Shown here: piece by piece, positions 21,506 to 32,215 of the stretch
Position numbering within the stretch: the first letter of the stretch is position 1
How the letters are laid out: the number at the start of each line of letters is the position of its first letter
Source: an uncultured Planctomycetaceae bacterium
GTDB taxonomy: Bacteria; Planctomycetota; Planctomycetia; Planctomycetales; Planctomycetaceae
Assembly: GCA_963815195.1 (NCBI GenBank)
Contig: CAWFGE010000020.1
Location: 160,001 to 224,000, forward strand
Reading direction: 5' to 3'
DNA: 64,000 bases
The notes under the pieces: model-generated
The model's input: the letters and a program-made list of their open reading frames with translations, nothing else
What the model was told of the DNA's origin: nothing
Database searches by the model: none
Program-made: the position numbers and the translations under genes

Positions 21506-23255
21506 TTACTTCCGCATTTCGCTGACGTTCACAAACAGAACGCCGTTGTCGTCGGGAATGGTGTAGCTCCCGCTGATCGGCAGATACTTTTTCAAGGCTT
21601 CGAACGGCGGCAGCTTGCTGAGGGCGTTCTTGACCTCTTCGGGAACGTCCTCGGTCGCCTGTTTCAGGTTGCCTTTGCGAAGCTGCTCGTAGAGGAGCTT
21701 CATCTGCTCGTCCGTTTGCTGAAAGCTCAGCATCGACGTTTTTTCGGGAAACGTCTTGGCGAGTTGGCGGTAATCCGCGGATTCGGCGAGCGGTTTCTGC
21801 GTGCGGTCGCCGCGGAGCACCTGCTCGAGCAGCGGAATGTCGGTGGTGATCATCAACGAATCGTTGAACACGCAAATCGCGGCCTTGGTATCGGCGTTGC
21901 CGGTGTCGAATTCCACGATGGTCTCGCCGCGGAAGTTGCGGGTCTCGGCAGGGACGCCTTGAGTTTTGAGGATCTTGGCGATGAAGTCCCGCGTCTTCTT
22001 GGCGTCGCGGACGCCGACGGACACGAGCAGCCTGGGAACTTGTTGTTTCTCGAAGTCTTCCACCCCCTGGTTGACGACATAAATCCGTCCGTTGAGCTGA
22101 TCGAGAATGTCTTTCTTGATGTGGATTCCCGGTCCGCCCTGCCGCTGGGCCAGGTCGTCGATCATCCGCTCCAACGCCCCGGCCCCTTGGAAGGTATCGA
22201 CCAGGGTTTCCACGGCGTCGTAGGCTCCGTTCGCGTCCCAGTTGGCCGCCATGTAAGCCTGGGTTTTTTCGCCGACCCATTTGGGCGGGGTCAAATCCGC
22301 GGGCGGGAAATGGAACATGTTCAACAGGCCCTGCGGAGGCTGATCGACGTACAACATGGTCTTGGAGACGCCTTCGAAATCCGTCGACGGCCATGTCGCC
22401 CGCCCCGCCCATTCCGCGAAAGTCATTGAGGCCCAACAGCGGCAGAAAGCCCAAGGCCATCGCGGCTTTCGGGTTGCCTTCCGCGCCGGCGGTCACGGCG
22501 GCTCTCAAGGCTTCGATGGGATTGACGAACCATTGATAAATCGGCTCGCGATTGTCCGTCTTGCACTTCTCCATGATGGATTTGAAAACGCGGTTGTCGG
22601 CGAACGTCCGCGTGGACTTCCCGCCCCAGAGGGACAAGACCGATTCGAGTGCCGCGACATGCGAGCCGACCACAAGCTGCGTGTCTTTCACGAAGTAACA
22701 GAAGCTCGACTTGATCGGGCCTTTTTCCTCGGCGGCATTGGGCATCGTATACACCACGATGCGGGTCTTTTCGTATTCTTGGACCTTTCGGTCGGCGTTT
22801 TGGGCGTCCATCGCGTCTTCGAGTTTGGCGAGGAGCTTGTCGACCGTGTCTTCGCTTTTTCCGAAGTCCAAAAACGCGACCGCGGCTAATTTTTCCCGGG
22901 GCGGCTTCATCAAGGCGACCGCCACTTCGCCGGTGGGAATCTCCAAGAGATCCTTGACCTTCATCCCGCTCTGGGTCTCGAATTCGCGGGTGGCTTTTTC
23001 GATGACGTCTTCGATTTGTTTGCGAACATCCGCGAACGCGGGATCGGTTAGAATCTTGCTGGCTTGGGTTTTCTGCCAGCGGGCCTTAAATTCCGTCACG
23101 CTGGGAACGCTGAAGTAGACGTAAACATCCGAAGGCAGCACGCGGGCGCTGGGCAGGCTGTCCGCCCGCAACGCGGGTGCCTGCACAAAAGTCGCGGCCA
23201 CGAACGTGAGGAGGGCAAACATGCCGCCCCAGCGAAATGAATGGGCACATCTCAT
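21506..23255 (-). CDS. Secreted DUF3352-like planctomycete protein; frameshift near 22380
   Basis: Signal peptide; two overlapping ORFs join at 'MAVDG|FEGVSKTML'. Confidence 0.7.
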
Positions 23256-23510
23256 GGGATTGGTTGTCCTTCGTCAGAGGGAAAATACGAAGTGCATCAA
23301 GTCGTAAATCGTGTGTGAGAAAGGGATTGCAAAACCCGAATCCGGTCTCGCGGGAAACAAGCGCGCACGTTTTTCGCGGTGCCTCTTCCCGAATACCCCG
23401 GCACGAACGGTCCGGTTTCGGAAATCTTCGCAAAACGGTCGGGCCGTTCCGCATTTGTTCATTCCATGTCAGTCGTTCCCAAAAACTCGGAAAAGGATTT
23501 TCATTTCTTT

Positions 23511-23613
23511 AGAGCCGCAAGAAGTAAGCGGTTTTTTGAATTCAGAGATCGCAAGACCGCTTACTTCGTGCGCGGCTCTCACCGGAGACCGCTTACTTCG
23601 TGCGCGGCTCTCA
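23511..23613. repeat. REP cluster (GAGCCGCGCACGAAGTAAGCGG family)
   Basis: One degenerate forward copy at 23511 and two tandem reverse copies CCGCTTACTTCGTGCGCGGCTCTCA at about 23557 and 23589; the same unit occurs at 27384-27438. Confidence 0.85.
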
Positions 23614-24156
23614 CCGGGCCGCGCGGGAGCCGATGGTCGTCAGGGCCGCCTCGACCTGGTTGCGGGCGTCGCGGGCTTCCAGAATGGTCTGGCGGAACAC
23701 GTTGGGCCGGGGAACTCCCGCGAGCGTCAGGGCCGTGTGCCCGCCCGCATCCAGAACCTTGAGGTCGGCCGCGTGGAAAAACTCCTGGCCGTTGTGTTGC
23801 TCGATTTCGATTCCGGCGACTTGAGCCAGCGGCACTTCCCCGATCAGCCTCGCCCCGATGGAACTCCAGATTTGCATCGAACGATTCGTCAGCACGTAAC
23901 GTTCGCCGAACGCCTTTAACATGAAATATCCGCCCAATCCCCCGAGCGCCGCGAAAGTAATCAACAAAAGATTGATCGGCAACAACACCAGCCCCAGCAA
24001 GGACGCGGGCAACGAGGCGTGGCTCACAAACGGCAAGGGGATCAGCGTCATCATCCGGCCGATGACCTGTCCGGGGAAGTCGGCGGCAATGGAGGGATAG
24101 AGCACCATCACCAGGTTTTCGGGTTCGGTTCGGGGTTGCAACGTGGTTGCGGCCAT
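23611..24156 (-). CDS. Membrane protein with bacterial PH-like domain
   Basis: Hydrophobic N-half followed by 'RYVLTNR...ADLKV...LAGVPRP'. Confidence 0.75.
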   Translation of the reverse strand: MAATTLQPRTEPENLVMVLYPSIAADFPGQVIGRMMTLIPLPFVSHASLPASLLGLVLLPINLLLITFAALGGLGGYFMLKAFGERYVLTNRSMQIWSSIGARLIGEVPLAQVAGIEIEQHNGQEFFHAADLKVLDAGGHTALTLAGVPRPNVFRQTILEARDARNQVEAALTTIGSRAAR

Positions 24157-24269
24157 CGTCGGGAAATCTCCGTGTGTATTCAAAAACGTCTCACAGCCAG
24201 AGTCGGAAAAAGTATGCTAGCCAAGCCACTCCCGGAATGCCAGTGCCCCGGAGCACTTGAGCGGCTGGT

Positions 24270-25727
24270 CTATCGGCCCTTTTTTGCCGGGCCTTCGCCC
24301 AACGAGCGGATCGGCCAGAGGGCCGACGGCGTGTGGGCTTTCTGGAAGAGTTGTTTCGCTTTGGCCACCTGTTCGGGATGCTCGCCGGCGATGTTTTTCG
24401 TTTCGCCGGGGTCGCTGTCCAAATTGTAAAGTTCAATCGGACTGTCCGCGTTTTTCTGAAGGTCGAGTTGCACGGCTTTCCAAGGGCCGAACCGCACCGC
24501 CCGCTTGCCGCCTCGCTCGTGGAACTCCCAGTAGAGGTCATCGTGGTGCTTCTGCTGTTCCGGATGTCCGAGCAGCGTCGGCACGAGGGAAAGGCCGTCG
24601 ATGTCCGCAGGCGGAGTCACCCCGGCCAGATCGCACAACGTCGGCAGGATGTCCCAATGGGCGGAGATCAGATCGGTCTGCGTCCCGGGGGCGATTTTGC
24701 CGGGCCAGCGGGCCAAGAGCACGTTGCGAATTCCGCCTTCGTACACATCCCGCTTGAACCCGCGAAACGGGCCGTTGCTGTCGAAAAACTCCGGATCGTG
24801 CCCGCCTTCCAGGTGCGGACCGTTGTCGGAACTGAGCATGACCAAAGTGTTCTCGTCAATTTTGAGATCCTGGAGCAAATCGAGCAACCGGCCCACGTCT
24901 TCATCCGCGTGCGTCATCATCCCCGCAAAACCCGCGATGGGATTTTTGACCAGGGGTCCCGCGTAATTGCCGACTTTGTCGTCGAACTGGGCAAACTTCT
25001 TGCGGAACGGGGCCACATACTTTTCCGGCGAATGCATCGCCGCGTGCGGAATCGTGACCGGTAAATAACAAAAGAACGGCCCGTCTTGATGTTTTTTGAT
25101 GAACGCGAGCGCCTGGTCCATAATCAGGTCGTGCGAATAGGTCTTGCCGTCCAAGGGGACCTTTTCCAGGTTATGCCACAAGTGGTTCGGGTAATAGTTG
25201 TGGGCCTCGCGCTGGCAGTTGTAGCCGAAGAACTCGTCGAATCCCTGATGCACCGGGTCGCCTTCGGAGCCCGGCGAACCCAGGCCCCACTTGCCGAACG
25301 CCCCGGTGGCGTAGCCCGCTTTTTTCAAAAGCTCCGGCAGCGTGACGGTCTCGGCGGGAATCGGCTGCTGGCCTTCGGGTTTGACTTCCTTGTTCCCGCG
25401 AACGAACGAATGCCCGGTGTGATAGCCCGTCATCAACGAGCACCGCGTCGGCGCGCACACCGTGCTGCCCGAATAGTGCTGCGTGAACTGTTTCCCCTCG
25501 CGGGCCAGGCGGTCGATGTTCGGCGTCTGGAATTTCGTCTGCCCGTAACAGGAGAAATCTCCATACCCGGCATCGTCGAGCAGGATGAACACGAAATTCG
25601 GCTTCGCCCCCTCGGCAAAATCGATCCCCCCCAAGATCAATCCGAGCACGGCCAACAACTGAAAACAACGAATCACAACAAACCTCATCGCTTGAACGAA
25701 CGAAACGCTTCCGACGCATGTTGCCAT
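24270..25727 (-). CDS. Arylsulfatase
   Basis: KPNFVFILLDD, CAPTRCSLMTG, GKWGLG, SDNG, YEGGIR; the true start may be a few codons downstream. Confidence 0.95.
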   Translation of the reverse strand: MATCVGSVSFVQAMRFVVIRCFQLLAVLGLILGGIDFAEGAKPNFVFILLDDAGYGDFSCYGQTKFQTPNIDRLAREGKQFTQHYSGSTVCAPTRCSLMTGYHTGHSFVRGNKEVKPEGQQPIPAETVTLPELLKKAGYATGAFGKWGLGSPGSEGDPVHQGFDEFFGYNCQREAHNYYPNHLWHNLEKVPLDGKTYSHDLIMDQALAFIKKHQDGPFFCYLPVTIPHAAMHSPEKYVAPFRKKFAQFDDKVGNYAGPLVKNPIAGFAGMMTHADEDVGRLLDLLQDLKIDENTLVMLSSDNGPHLEGGHDPEFFDSNGPFRGFKRDVYEGGIRNVLLARWPGKIAPGTQTDLISAHWDILPTLCDLAGVTPPADIDGLSLVPTLLGHPEQQKHHDDLYWEFHERGGKRAVRFGPWKAVQLDLQKNADSPIELYNLDSDPGETKNIAGEHPEQVAKAKQLFQKAHTPSALWPIRSLGEGPAKKGR

Positions 25728-26061
25728 CTTACCACACCGCGCCCGAAGTCGGCGACTCGGCCAAAGCCCGCCCGGAAAAAATGATGCGTTTCCTCCACGC
25801 GCGTTTGCGTCCCTGTGGGAAAAAATCCCGCCAGTGTGTCATTGTTCGTCAGGCCGGAAACTCCAGGAAGTAAACGCCGGGGAGATTTTGGAGATCTCTC
25901 AAAAATCCAGCGCACATGCGCGGATTGAGTATTAGGATTGCTTGAGTTCCCATTGCGTCCATCCGGTCCCGTCGCTGCAGACCGGTGGCGTTTCCGCCGA
26001 GAACTTCGCAGAGGTCGGCCCGCACCGCAATCTCCTTGGACGCACAACCCGACGCCGCTCA

Positions 26062-27355
26062 ATGACCGCTCAAACTTTGCCTTTCCCGGAAACATTGGCC
26101 GTTGACGCGGACCAACTGATCGTCGGGCGCAATGCCGGCTTCGACATTCACGACGACCGCGGATCGCTGGTGTTGTCCGCGGGGGAAACCGTCACCGAGG
26201 AGTTTCTCGATCGGCTCAACGAGCAAAAGCAAACACCGCTCATGCTTCAGCCCGAAGACGCTTTGGCCTTGTGCACGCCCGCCGAAGACGAGACCTTCAT
26301 CCATCTGGACGGCGACGCAACGAGCCGGCTGGAGGCGACCCTCGATCACGGGTGGCTGTTTGTCAGCGACAAAGCGATGTCCCTGCATGAGACGACGGTG
26401 CTGCACGGTTGCTACGCCTACAATCAGAAGACCCGCGAGCAGTTGATGGCGACGCACCGCGAGTCCGCGAAAGCCCTGGCGGACATGATGAAACAAGTCG
26501 CTTCCGGAGCGCAGCCCGCCTACGAGAGCATCGTCACGCTCACCGCCGAGTATCTGACGGCGATGACGAAAGACACGGACAGGGTGGTCTCCGTGGCCGC
26601 GGAGGCCGGGCAGGATCCGCATTTGTCGCGGCAGTGCGTCAACATGGCGGTGTTGGCGATGGCGATGGCGGCGGAAATGGGCTACGGCGAAAATAGCGTG
26701 AGCACGATCGGCATTTGCGGGCTGGTTCACGATTGGGGCATGATCCGCGTGCCGGAGCCGATCCGCAACTCGCCCCGCAAACTCACGGATGAGGAGTTCT
26801 TCGAAATCAAAAAGCACCCCATTTACACGATGGACATGCTCGAGCACATCGAAGGCTTGCCCGGCGTGATTCCCCGCGTCTGCTACCAGGTGCACGAACA
26901 GCCGAACGGCCAAGGCTACCCGCGCGGGCGAAAGCGGGAACGCCTCCACAACTTCTCGCTGATCCTGGGAGCCGCGAGCGCTTTTTCGGCCCTCGTCGCC
27001 AAGCGGCCGCATCGTCCCGCGCTCATGCCGTATGCGGCGATGGAGAGCTTATTCTACATGGTGAAAAACGGCATCCTGGACCGCGAACCGGTCGAGGCCT
27101 TGCTCCAGATCCAGACGCTGTTCCCGATCGGCAGTTACGTGAAGCTCAGCGACGGCACCCTCGCTCAAACCGTCGGCCGGAATGGAAACGATTACGCGTT
27201 GCCCCTCGTCCGCCGCGTCGCGATTGGCGAGTCCGCCGGTGCCCTGAAGCCGGAGATCATCAACCTCCAGAAAGCGGGCCTGACCGTGGAATTGGCCCTG
27301 CCCACGCCCGGCCAAGGCGACATGCCCTGCGCCGGACATGACGCTGTTCTGGTAA
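26062..27355 (+). CDS. HD-GYP domain c-di-GMP phosphodiesterase; probable +1 indel near 27330
   Basis: LVHDWG, KHP, HEQPNGQGYPRG. Likely natural end PDMTLFW* (TAA 27353-27355) lies in the +1 frame just before a REP pair. Confidence 0.82.
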
Positions 27356-27383
27356 CGGGGTTGTCTCGTGACGGACGCAAAAC

Positions 27384-27438
27384 GAGCCGCGCACGAAGTA
27401 AGCGGACTCGAACAGCCGCTTACTTCGTGCGCGGCTCT
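27384..27438. repeat. REP inverted pair
   Basis: GAGCCGCGCACGAAGTAAGCGG-actcgaacag-CCGCTTACTTCGTGCGCGGCTC between convergent genes. Confidence 0.88.
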
Positions 27439-27480
27439 TCGAGAAGTCCCCGAACGTGTCGCGTGCTTGCGAGAACGGGG

Positions 27481-28758
27481 CTACTTCGGATAGGGGGCGA
27501 TTTCGAGATGGCGGTATTCCACGTCGGTCGTCTCATCGTGGCCTTGCAGGCTGATGTGCCCGGCTTTGAGGCGCCGGCCCCGGCGGGGGTTTTCATCCGG
27601 TTTGCGGTCGTCTTCCCAAATGGCGACCGGATAACCATTGACCCACGTCGCAAACCGCGGGCCGGCCGCGACCAGCGTGAGATTGCACCATTCGTGATCT
27701 TTGGACACGACCTCGCGGGGCGCGGCCCGGCGGAAAATCCCCCCGGTGCGGTCGCCGAGGTATTCCTTGGAGTCCTTTGGATTGGCCGCGTTCTGCACCT
27801 GGAGTTCGTAGCCGTTGATAGACTGGCCTTCTTCGCCCGGCAGGCCGCGAAAGAAAATCCCGCTGTTGGAACCGTCGGTTTTGGTCATCGCCTGCGCCTC
27901 GAACACAAAATCGCCCCAGGTGCCGTCGGTTGCCAGAAAGCCCAATCCATCTTTCACATGGATCGCCCCGCTGTCCACGTCAAACTGGCTTTGGGAGCCA
28001 GGCACGACATGCCAACCGCCGAGATCTTTTCCGTTGAAAAGTGGCTTCGTTCCCAAGGGTTTGAGGGCGATGTTCCGGAACTCGATTTTGCCTGCGTTCT
28101 TCTGCAGGCCGATCCGCCCGGACAACCGGACGTGCTCGGATGTGTCGGTGAAGTCGAGAACGTCTTCCTCGCCGAAGCTGGCTTGGATTCGCGGACCCTG
28201 CACCCTGACGTGCACGGGCACCCATTGGTTGTCGTTCAAAAGCGGTTGCGGGACTTTCTTCCGGGCGACGAGGCTGCCGGTGGGAAAGTCCTCGTGGTTT
28301 TCGCAGAGGTTGAGTTCGTAGCAATCCACCTTAGGGTCCTTGGGGTTGGGGATCGTCCGCAAAAACACGCCGCTGTTGCCGTCTTTCGCGAGGCGGTATT
28401 CGCAGCGGAACTCATAATCGGCAAACGGGACATAGGTCATCAGCAAACCGATGTTGCCGGCGTCGGCCGTGATCACGCCGTCCTTCACCGTCCAATTGAC
28501 GGCCTCGGGCTTTCCGGCGTCGTCGGGTTCCCAGCCGAACAGCGTTTTCCCGTCGAACAACTCAATCCAGCCGGCGTCGATTTCCGCTTTCGTGGGCGGA
28601 GCCAGCGGCTTGAAGGCCGGTTGCCTCGGCTGCGGGACCTCGGGATGATTGCCCGCCGATTCCTGCGTCGCCGAACCCGTTTTCGCGGTCTCTTCCGCCG
28701 GCTTGCCTTGGCACCCGATCATCCCGGCCAACAAGACGAATACTACCCATTCCCGCAT
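27481..28758 (-). CDS. Tandem DUF1080 (3-keto-disaccharide hydrolase-like) lipoprotein
   Basis: MIGC lipobox; two copies of LFDGK/LFNGK...NSG.F...YE...G.I.LQ. Confidence 0.9.
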   Translation of the reverse strand: MREWVVFVLLAGMIGCQGKPAEETAKTGSATQESAGNHPEVPQPRQPAFKPLAPPTKAEIDAGWIELFDGKTLFGWEPDDAGKPEAVNWTVKDGVITADAGNIGLLMTYVPFADYEFRCEYRLAKDGNSGVFLRTIPNPKDPKVDCYELNLCENHEDFPTGSLVARKKVPQPLLNDNQWVPVHVRVQGPRIQASFGEEDVLDFTDTSEHVRLSGRIGLQKNAGKIEFRNIALKPLGTKPLFNGKDLGGWHVVPGSQSQFDVDSGAIHVKDGLGFLATDGTWGDFVFEAQAMTKTDGSNSGIFFRGLPGEEGQSINGYELQVQNAANPKDSKEYLGDRTGGIFRRAAPREVVSKDHEWCNLTLVAAGPRFATWVNGYPVAIWEDDRKPDENPRRGRRLKAGHISLQGHDETTDVEYRHLEIAPYPK

Positions 28759-29018
28759 GGTGTTCTCCCTGCCTTTCACTTCTTGATCCTCAAACGGTAA
28801 GGACCATTCGAGAAATAACTGTCTAAATATCAGCCGGAACGCGCTCGTGTCCGGTTCTTCCCATGAACCGGGGCGGACCACCCTGCGGGCGGTGCCCGCC
28901 TGCGGCTAATGAATCGGGCAATTGTTGATCGAGCGATCCTAAGCGAATTCTGTTGAATAACGTTCCACCCGCGACGAAACAAGGGGACCACGGAGAATCC
29001 ACCGCAGTCGTTTCGCGA

Positions 29019-30470
29019 TCAGATGTAGTATTCGATGACGTGCTCTTCCTCGACGGACATGCGGTAATCGCGGCCGGGCTCGGCGGGGACGGATTCTTCC
29101 AGCATGATCTGGGCCACCCGCATCGCCTGGCCGCGAAGCTCCGGGACGGCGGTGGTTTCCCACAGCGTGCCTTTCATCAACGGGCCGATGGCATATAGAA
29201 ACTCCGAAGGCGCGCCTGCGCGGTCGATCACTGCAAAATCCGCCCCGATGTCGATGCCCAGATCCAATTCGTCCGGGCGAATCAGGCCGCGATTGAGCAG
29301 GTTTTGAAACAAAGGCACCTGGGTTCCCGAAAACCCCGCGCACGGCCCCGTGCAGTTGATGATCAGACCGCCCGGCAGCGTGTGCTTCTCGCCGGTGCGG
29401 TCTTCCCAGACCACGCCCGCGTCCTCGCCTTGGTCTTCTAATTGAATGACGTTGCCTTTGACGATGCGGAGCCTGCCTTCGGTGATGGCTTCGGTCAGCC
29501 GCTGGTGAATCGGCTGGGCGATGCGGTGGCGAATGACATTCCACCGGGCCGCATACCGGCTGAGGAACGTCCGCTTCTCCTCCACGGAAAGCCGTTGCCA
29601 GATCCGCTGCGTGAACGGGCGGAGCCGATCCACCAGGAGTCCGGGATTTTCGCCCAACCGCCGGAGCCGCTCGCAATGGTCCTCGAGCAATTCGACGAGC
29701 TGCTCCAAAGGCAGCTCTTCGGGATTCTCGGGAAGGAAGTCGGGATATTCGATGCCGCGGAAGTGCGACTGGGGGACCATGCCGTTGCGGGAGACGGCCA
29801 CCAATCGTCCCGGCCAACCCAGCTCGGACAGCGTGAGAAACACGTCCACCATCGTCAGTCCCGTGCCGAGCACGACGATGTCCTTCCCGGCCGGCGGGAG
29901 CTTCTTTTGCCAGTCCTGCCAGGGGTCGGCACAGTAGACCGCGTGCGAGAACGCTTGGCCCTCCCCGCCGATCGCCGCGGGCGGCTGGTTCCCGGTGGCC
30001 AGCAACACGCGATCCGCACGCCGGCTGGCCCCGCTTTGAAGCAGGACTTCGGCGCGACCGTCTTCCTCGGCGGCGATGTCGGTGACCTCATCTTCGATGA
30101 CCGTGACCGTCGCCGGGTGGTGCTCGTCGATGGGATGCAGATAATTCAATAGCAGCCCGCGCAGATAATCGCCGTACACCCGCCGGGGAGCGAACGTCTC
30201 GCGGAGCTGCGGTTCGGGCAGGTCGCGGTATTCCACCCGCGTTCTGAGCCAATCCAGAAAATGGTCGGGATGATCCGGCACCGCGGACATGTTTCGCGCG
30301 GCGACATTGAGCAAGTGCTCAAGCCGATTCGTCCCGTAAGCCACGCCCCGGCCCAACGGATACCGCGAATTGATGAGCAAAACGTGCAGCGGAGTGTTGC
30401 TCAGCCGGGCCAGGTTGACGGCCGCCATCGTTCCGCTGAATCCTCCGCCGACGATCGCCACCGTTTTCAT
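29019..30470 (-). CDS. FAD/NAD(P)-binding oxidoreductase (FAD-NAD binding_9-like)
   Basis: VAIVGGGFSG, GRGVAY, LLNV, LATG, GTGLTMVD, NCTG, GTLWETTAVPELR. Alternative ATG at 30548. Confidence 0.88.
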   Translation of the reverse strand: MKTVAIVGGGFSGTMAAVNLARLSNTPLHVLLINSRYPLGRGVAYGTNRLEHLLNVAARNMSAVPDHPDHFLDWLRTRVEYRDLPEPQLRETFAPRRVYGDYLRGLLLNYLHPIDEHHPATVTVIEDEVTDIAAEEDGRAEVLLQSGASRRADRVLLATGNQPPAAIGGEGQAFSHAVYCADPWQDWQKKLPPAGKDIVVLGTGLTMVDVFLTLSELGWPGRLVAVSRNGMVPQSHFRGIEYPDFLPENPEELPLEQLVELLEDHCERLRRLGENPGLLVDRLRPFTQRIWQRLSVEEKRTFLSRYAARWNVIRHRIAQPIHQRLTEAITEGRLRIVKGNVIQLEDQGEDAGVVWEDRTGEKHTLPGGLIINCTGPCAGFSGTQVPLFQNLLNRGLIRPDELDLGIDIGADFAVIDRAGAPSEFLYAIGPLMKGTLWETTAVPELRGQAMRVAQIMLEESVPAEPGRDYRMSVEEEHVIEYYI

Positions 30471-30744
30471 CGCCTGCCGTCCTTTGGTCAAATTCGTACG
30501 AGATAAACGGACCGCGCCGGATCGCCGCCGCGTCCCCCTCCAACACATCGAGTGCTCCTATCAAACCACAAACGCGGCGAATTGTTAAGCATCGATCGCC
30601 AAATAACTGTCCTCGGCATTCCAACGAGCTTCGGAATGGGGGCCCGAGCGTCACCGAATTCAAAAAGGGCGCCCGCGGAATCGAACACGACATCCGCGAC
30701 CGCCCGATTTGAGTACGCCCTTGCAGATTTTGCACGAGGTTTCG

Positions 30745-31956
30745 CTAGGGGACGCGAAAATTGAGATCGATGGTTCTGGCGCCTTGGAGGGTATCTTCGG
30801 AGACTTCAAACACCTCCACGTCTTCAATCGTAGGCCGGGGTTCCACAGAGCCGAGGTTGCAGACGCGGACTTCATTGAGTCCCTCGACCGGGCCTTCGCT
30901 TTCCGCCAGTTGATACTTGCCGTTGCGGATGCGGGCGACGGCGGCGGGGGCGTTCGGAACGGTTTTGGAAACAAACGTGATGCTCCCGAAGCCGATGGGT
31001 TTTCCGTCCACGGTGACGGTGCCGCCGACCGCCGCGCGTTTGACCGGGCCGCTGAGGAAGCCGGAGTTCTTGAGCCAATCGGCGAGGCGCTCCTTCCAGG
31101 TGGAGAGCCCGGGCCGGCCGGGGGCCAAGCCCACGCCGTGGGGCCCGTCTTGATAGATGTGCAATTCGGCCGGGACCTTGGCTTTCCGCAGGGCCTGGTA
31201 AAACGCCAGGCTGTTTTCCACGGGGACGCCGGCGTCGGCGCCGGTGTGGAACAAGAAGGTCGGCGGCGTCTCGGCCGTGACTTGCTTTTCGTTCGAAAGA
31301 TTCTCGACGAGTTTCGGATCGGGATTTGGGCCGAGCAAGTTCCGCTTCGACCCCGAATGTCCGAAGGATTCCGTAAAGCTGATGACCGGATAACACAGCA
31401 CGGCAAAATCGGGCCGGCAGCTTTCGCGCTCGATGGGATCGTCGCTGTTCGGGTCGCCCGCGTCGAAATGGGTCGCCACGGTCGAAGCCAGATGCCCGCC
31501 CGCGGAAAACCCCATGATGCCCAAGCGGTGCGGATCGATCTTCCATTCCTTGGCGTGCGCCCGGACGTAGCGCATGGCTCGCTGGGCATCCTGGAGCGGC
31601 GCGGGATGCTGATACCGCCGGCCCAGGCGGTACTTCAAAACAAACCCCGCCACGCCGATGCGATTGAGCCACTTCGCGACCTGATGCCCTTCGTGATCCA
31701 TCGCGAGCGCCCCGTAGCCGCCGCCCGGGCAGATCACAATTCCCGCTCCCGTGGCTTGGGCCTCTTCCGGGAGATACACCCGCAGTTCGGGAATATCCGC
31801 GGGCTCGTTGCCCACCGCTCCGGGGGCTCCGTCCGGCCAAAGCTTCAAAGGCTCGGGCCCTGCCGCCATTCCCATTTGCCCCCACGCCAACACCAACACC
31901 AATCCGCACAGGATTCGAGTTCTCATCGAGAAAGTCCCCAATCGCCAGGAAGACAC
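30745..31956 (-). CDS. Alpha/beta hydrolase (xylan esterase/BD-FAE-like) fused to a carboxypeptidase-regulatory-like domain
   Basis: CPGGGY, GFSAGGHL, HGVG; C-terminal 'VGGTVTVDGKPI...NGKY'. Confidence 0.88.
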   Translation of the reverse strand: MSSWRLGTFSMRTRILCGLVLVLAWGQMGMAAGPEPLKLWPDGAPGAVGNEPADIPELRVYLPEEAQATGAGIVICPGGGYGALAMDHEGHQVAKWLNRIGVAGFVLKYRLGRRYQHPAPLQDAQRAMRYVRAHAKEWKIDPHRLGIMGFSAGGHLASTVATHFDAGDPNSDDPIERESCRPDFAVLCYPVISFTESFGHSGSKRNLLGPNPDPKLVENLSNEKQVTAETPPTFLFHTGADAGVPVENSLAFYQALRKAKVPAELHIYQDGPHGVGLAPGRPGLSTWKERLADWLKNSGFLSGPVKRAAVGGTVTVDGKPIGFGSITFVSKTVPNAPAAVARIRNGKYQLAESEGPVEGLNEVRVCNLGSVEPRPTIEDVEVFEVSEDTLQGARTIDLNFRVP

Positions 31957-32066
31957 GTTTTCACTCCAGCCTCAAACGATCGGCGATCCATTCGCCTTTC
32001 CAGAGTTGTCCCCGAAACGAGGACGATTTCCAAGGGAACAGGGGGAAAGTCCGCGAATTATTTTGT

Positions 32067-32184
32067 GGGCAAAGGCCACAAAGGAGCAAAGGCCACAAAG
32101 GGGCAACGGCCACAAAGGAGCAACGGCCACAAAGGGGCAAAGGCCACAAAGGAGCAACGGCCACAAAGCAGCAACGGCCACAAA
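32067..32184. repeat. 17-bp tandem repeat, about 7 copies
   Basis: Head-to-tail GGCCACAAAGG(A/G)GCAA(A/C) units with no spacers. Confidence 0.92.
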
Positions 32185-32215
32185 TCTTTCACCCGATAAG
32201 GAACGTGAAGAAAAT

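Noticed and set aside
25942..28800. 952-aa HD-GYP fusion protein
   Set aside because: Beyond about 27330 the frame reads through a REP pair and the antisense strand of the DUF1080 gene; one indel restores a stop at 27355.
32067..32184. CRISPR array
   Set aside because: Units are 17 bp head-to-tail with no unique spacers, and there is no cas operon.
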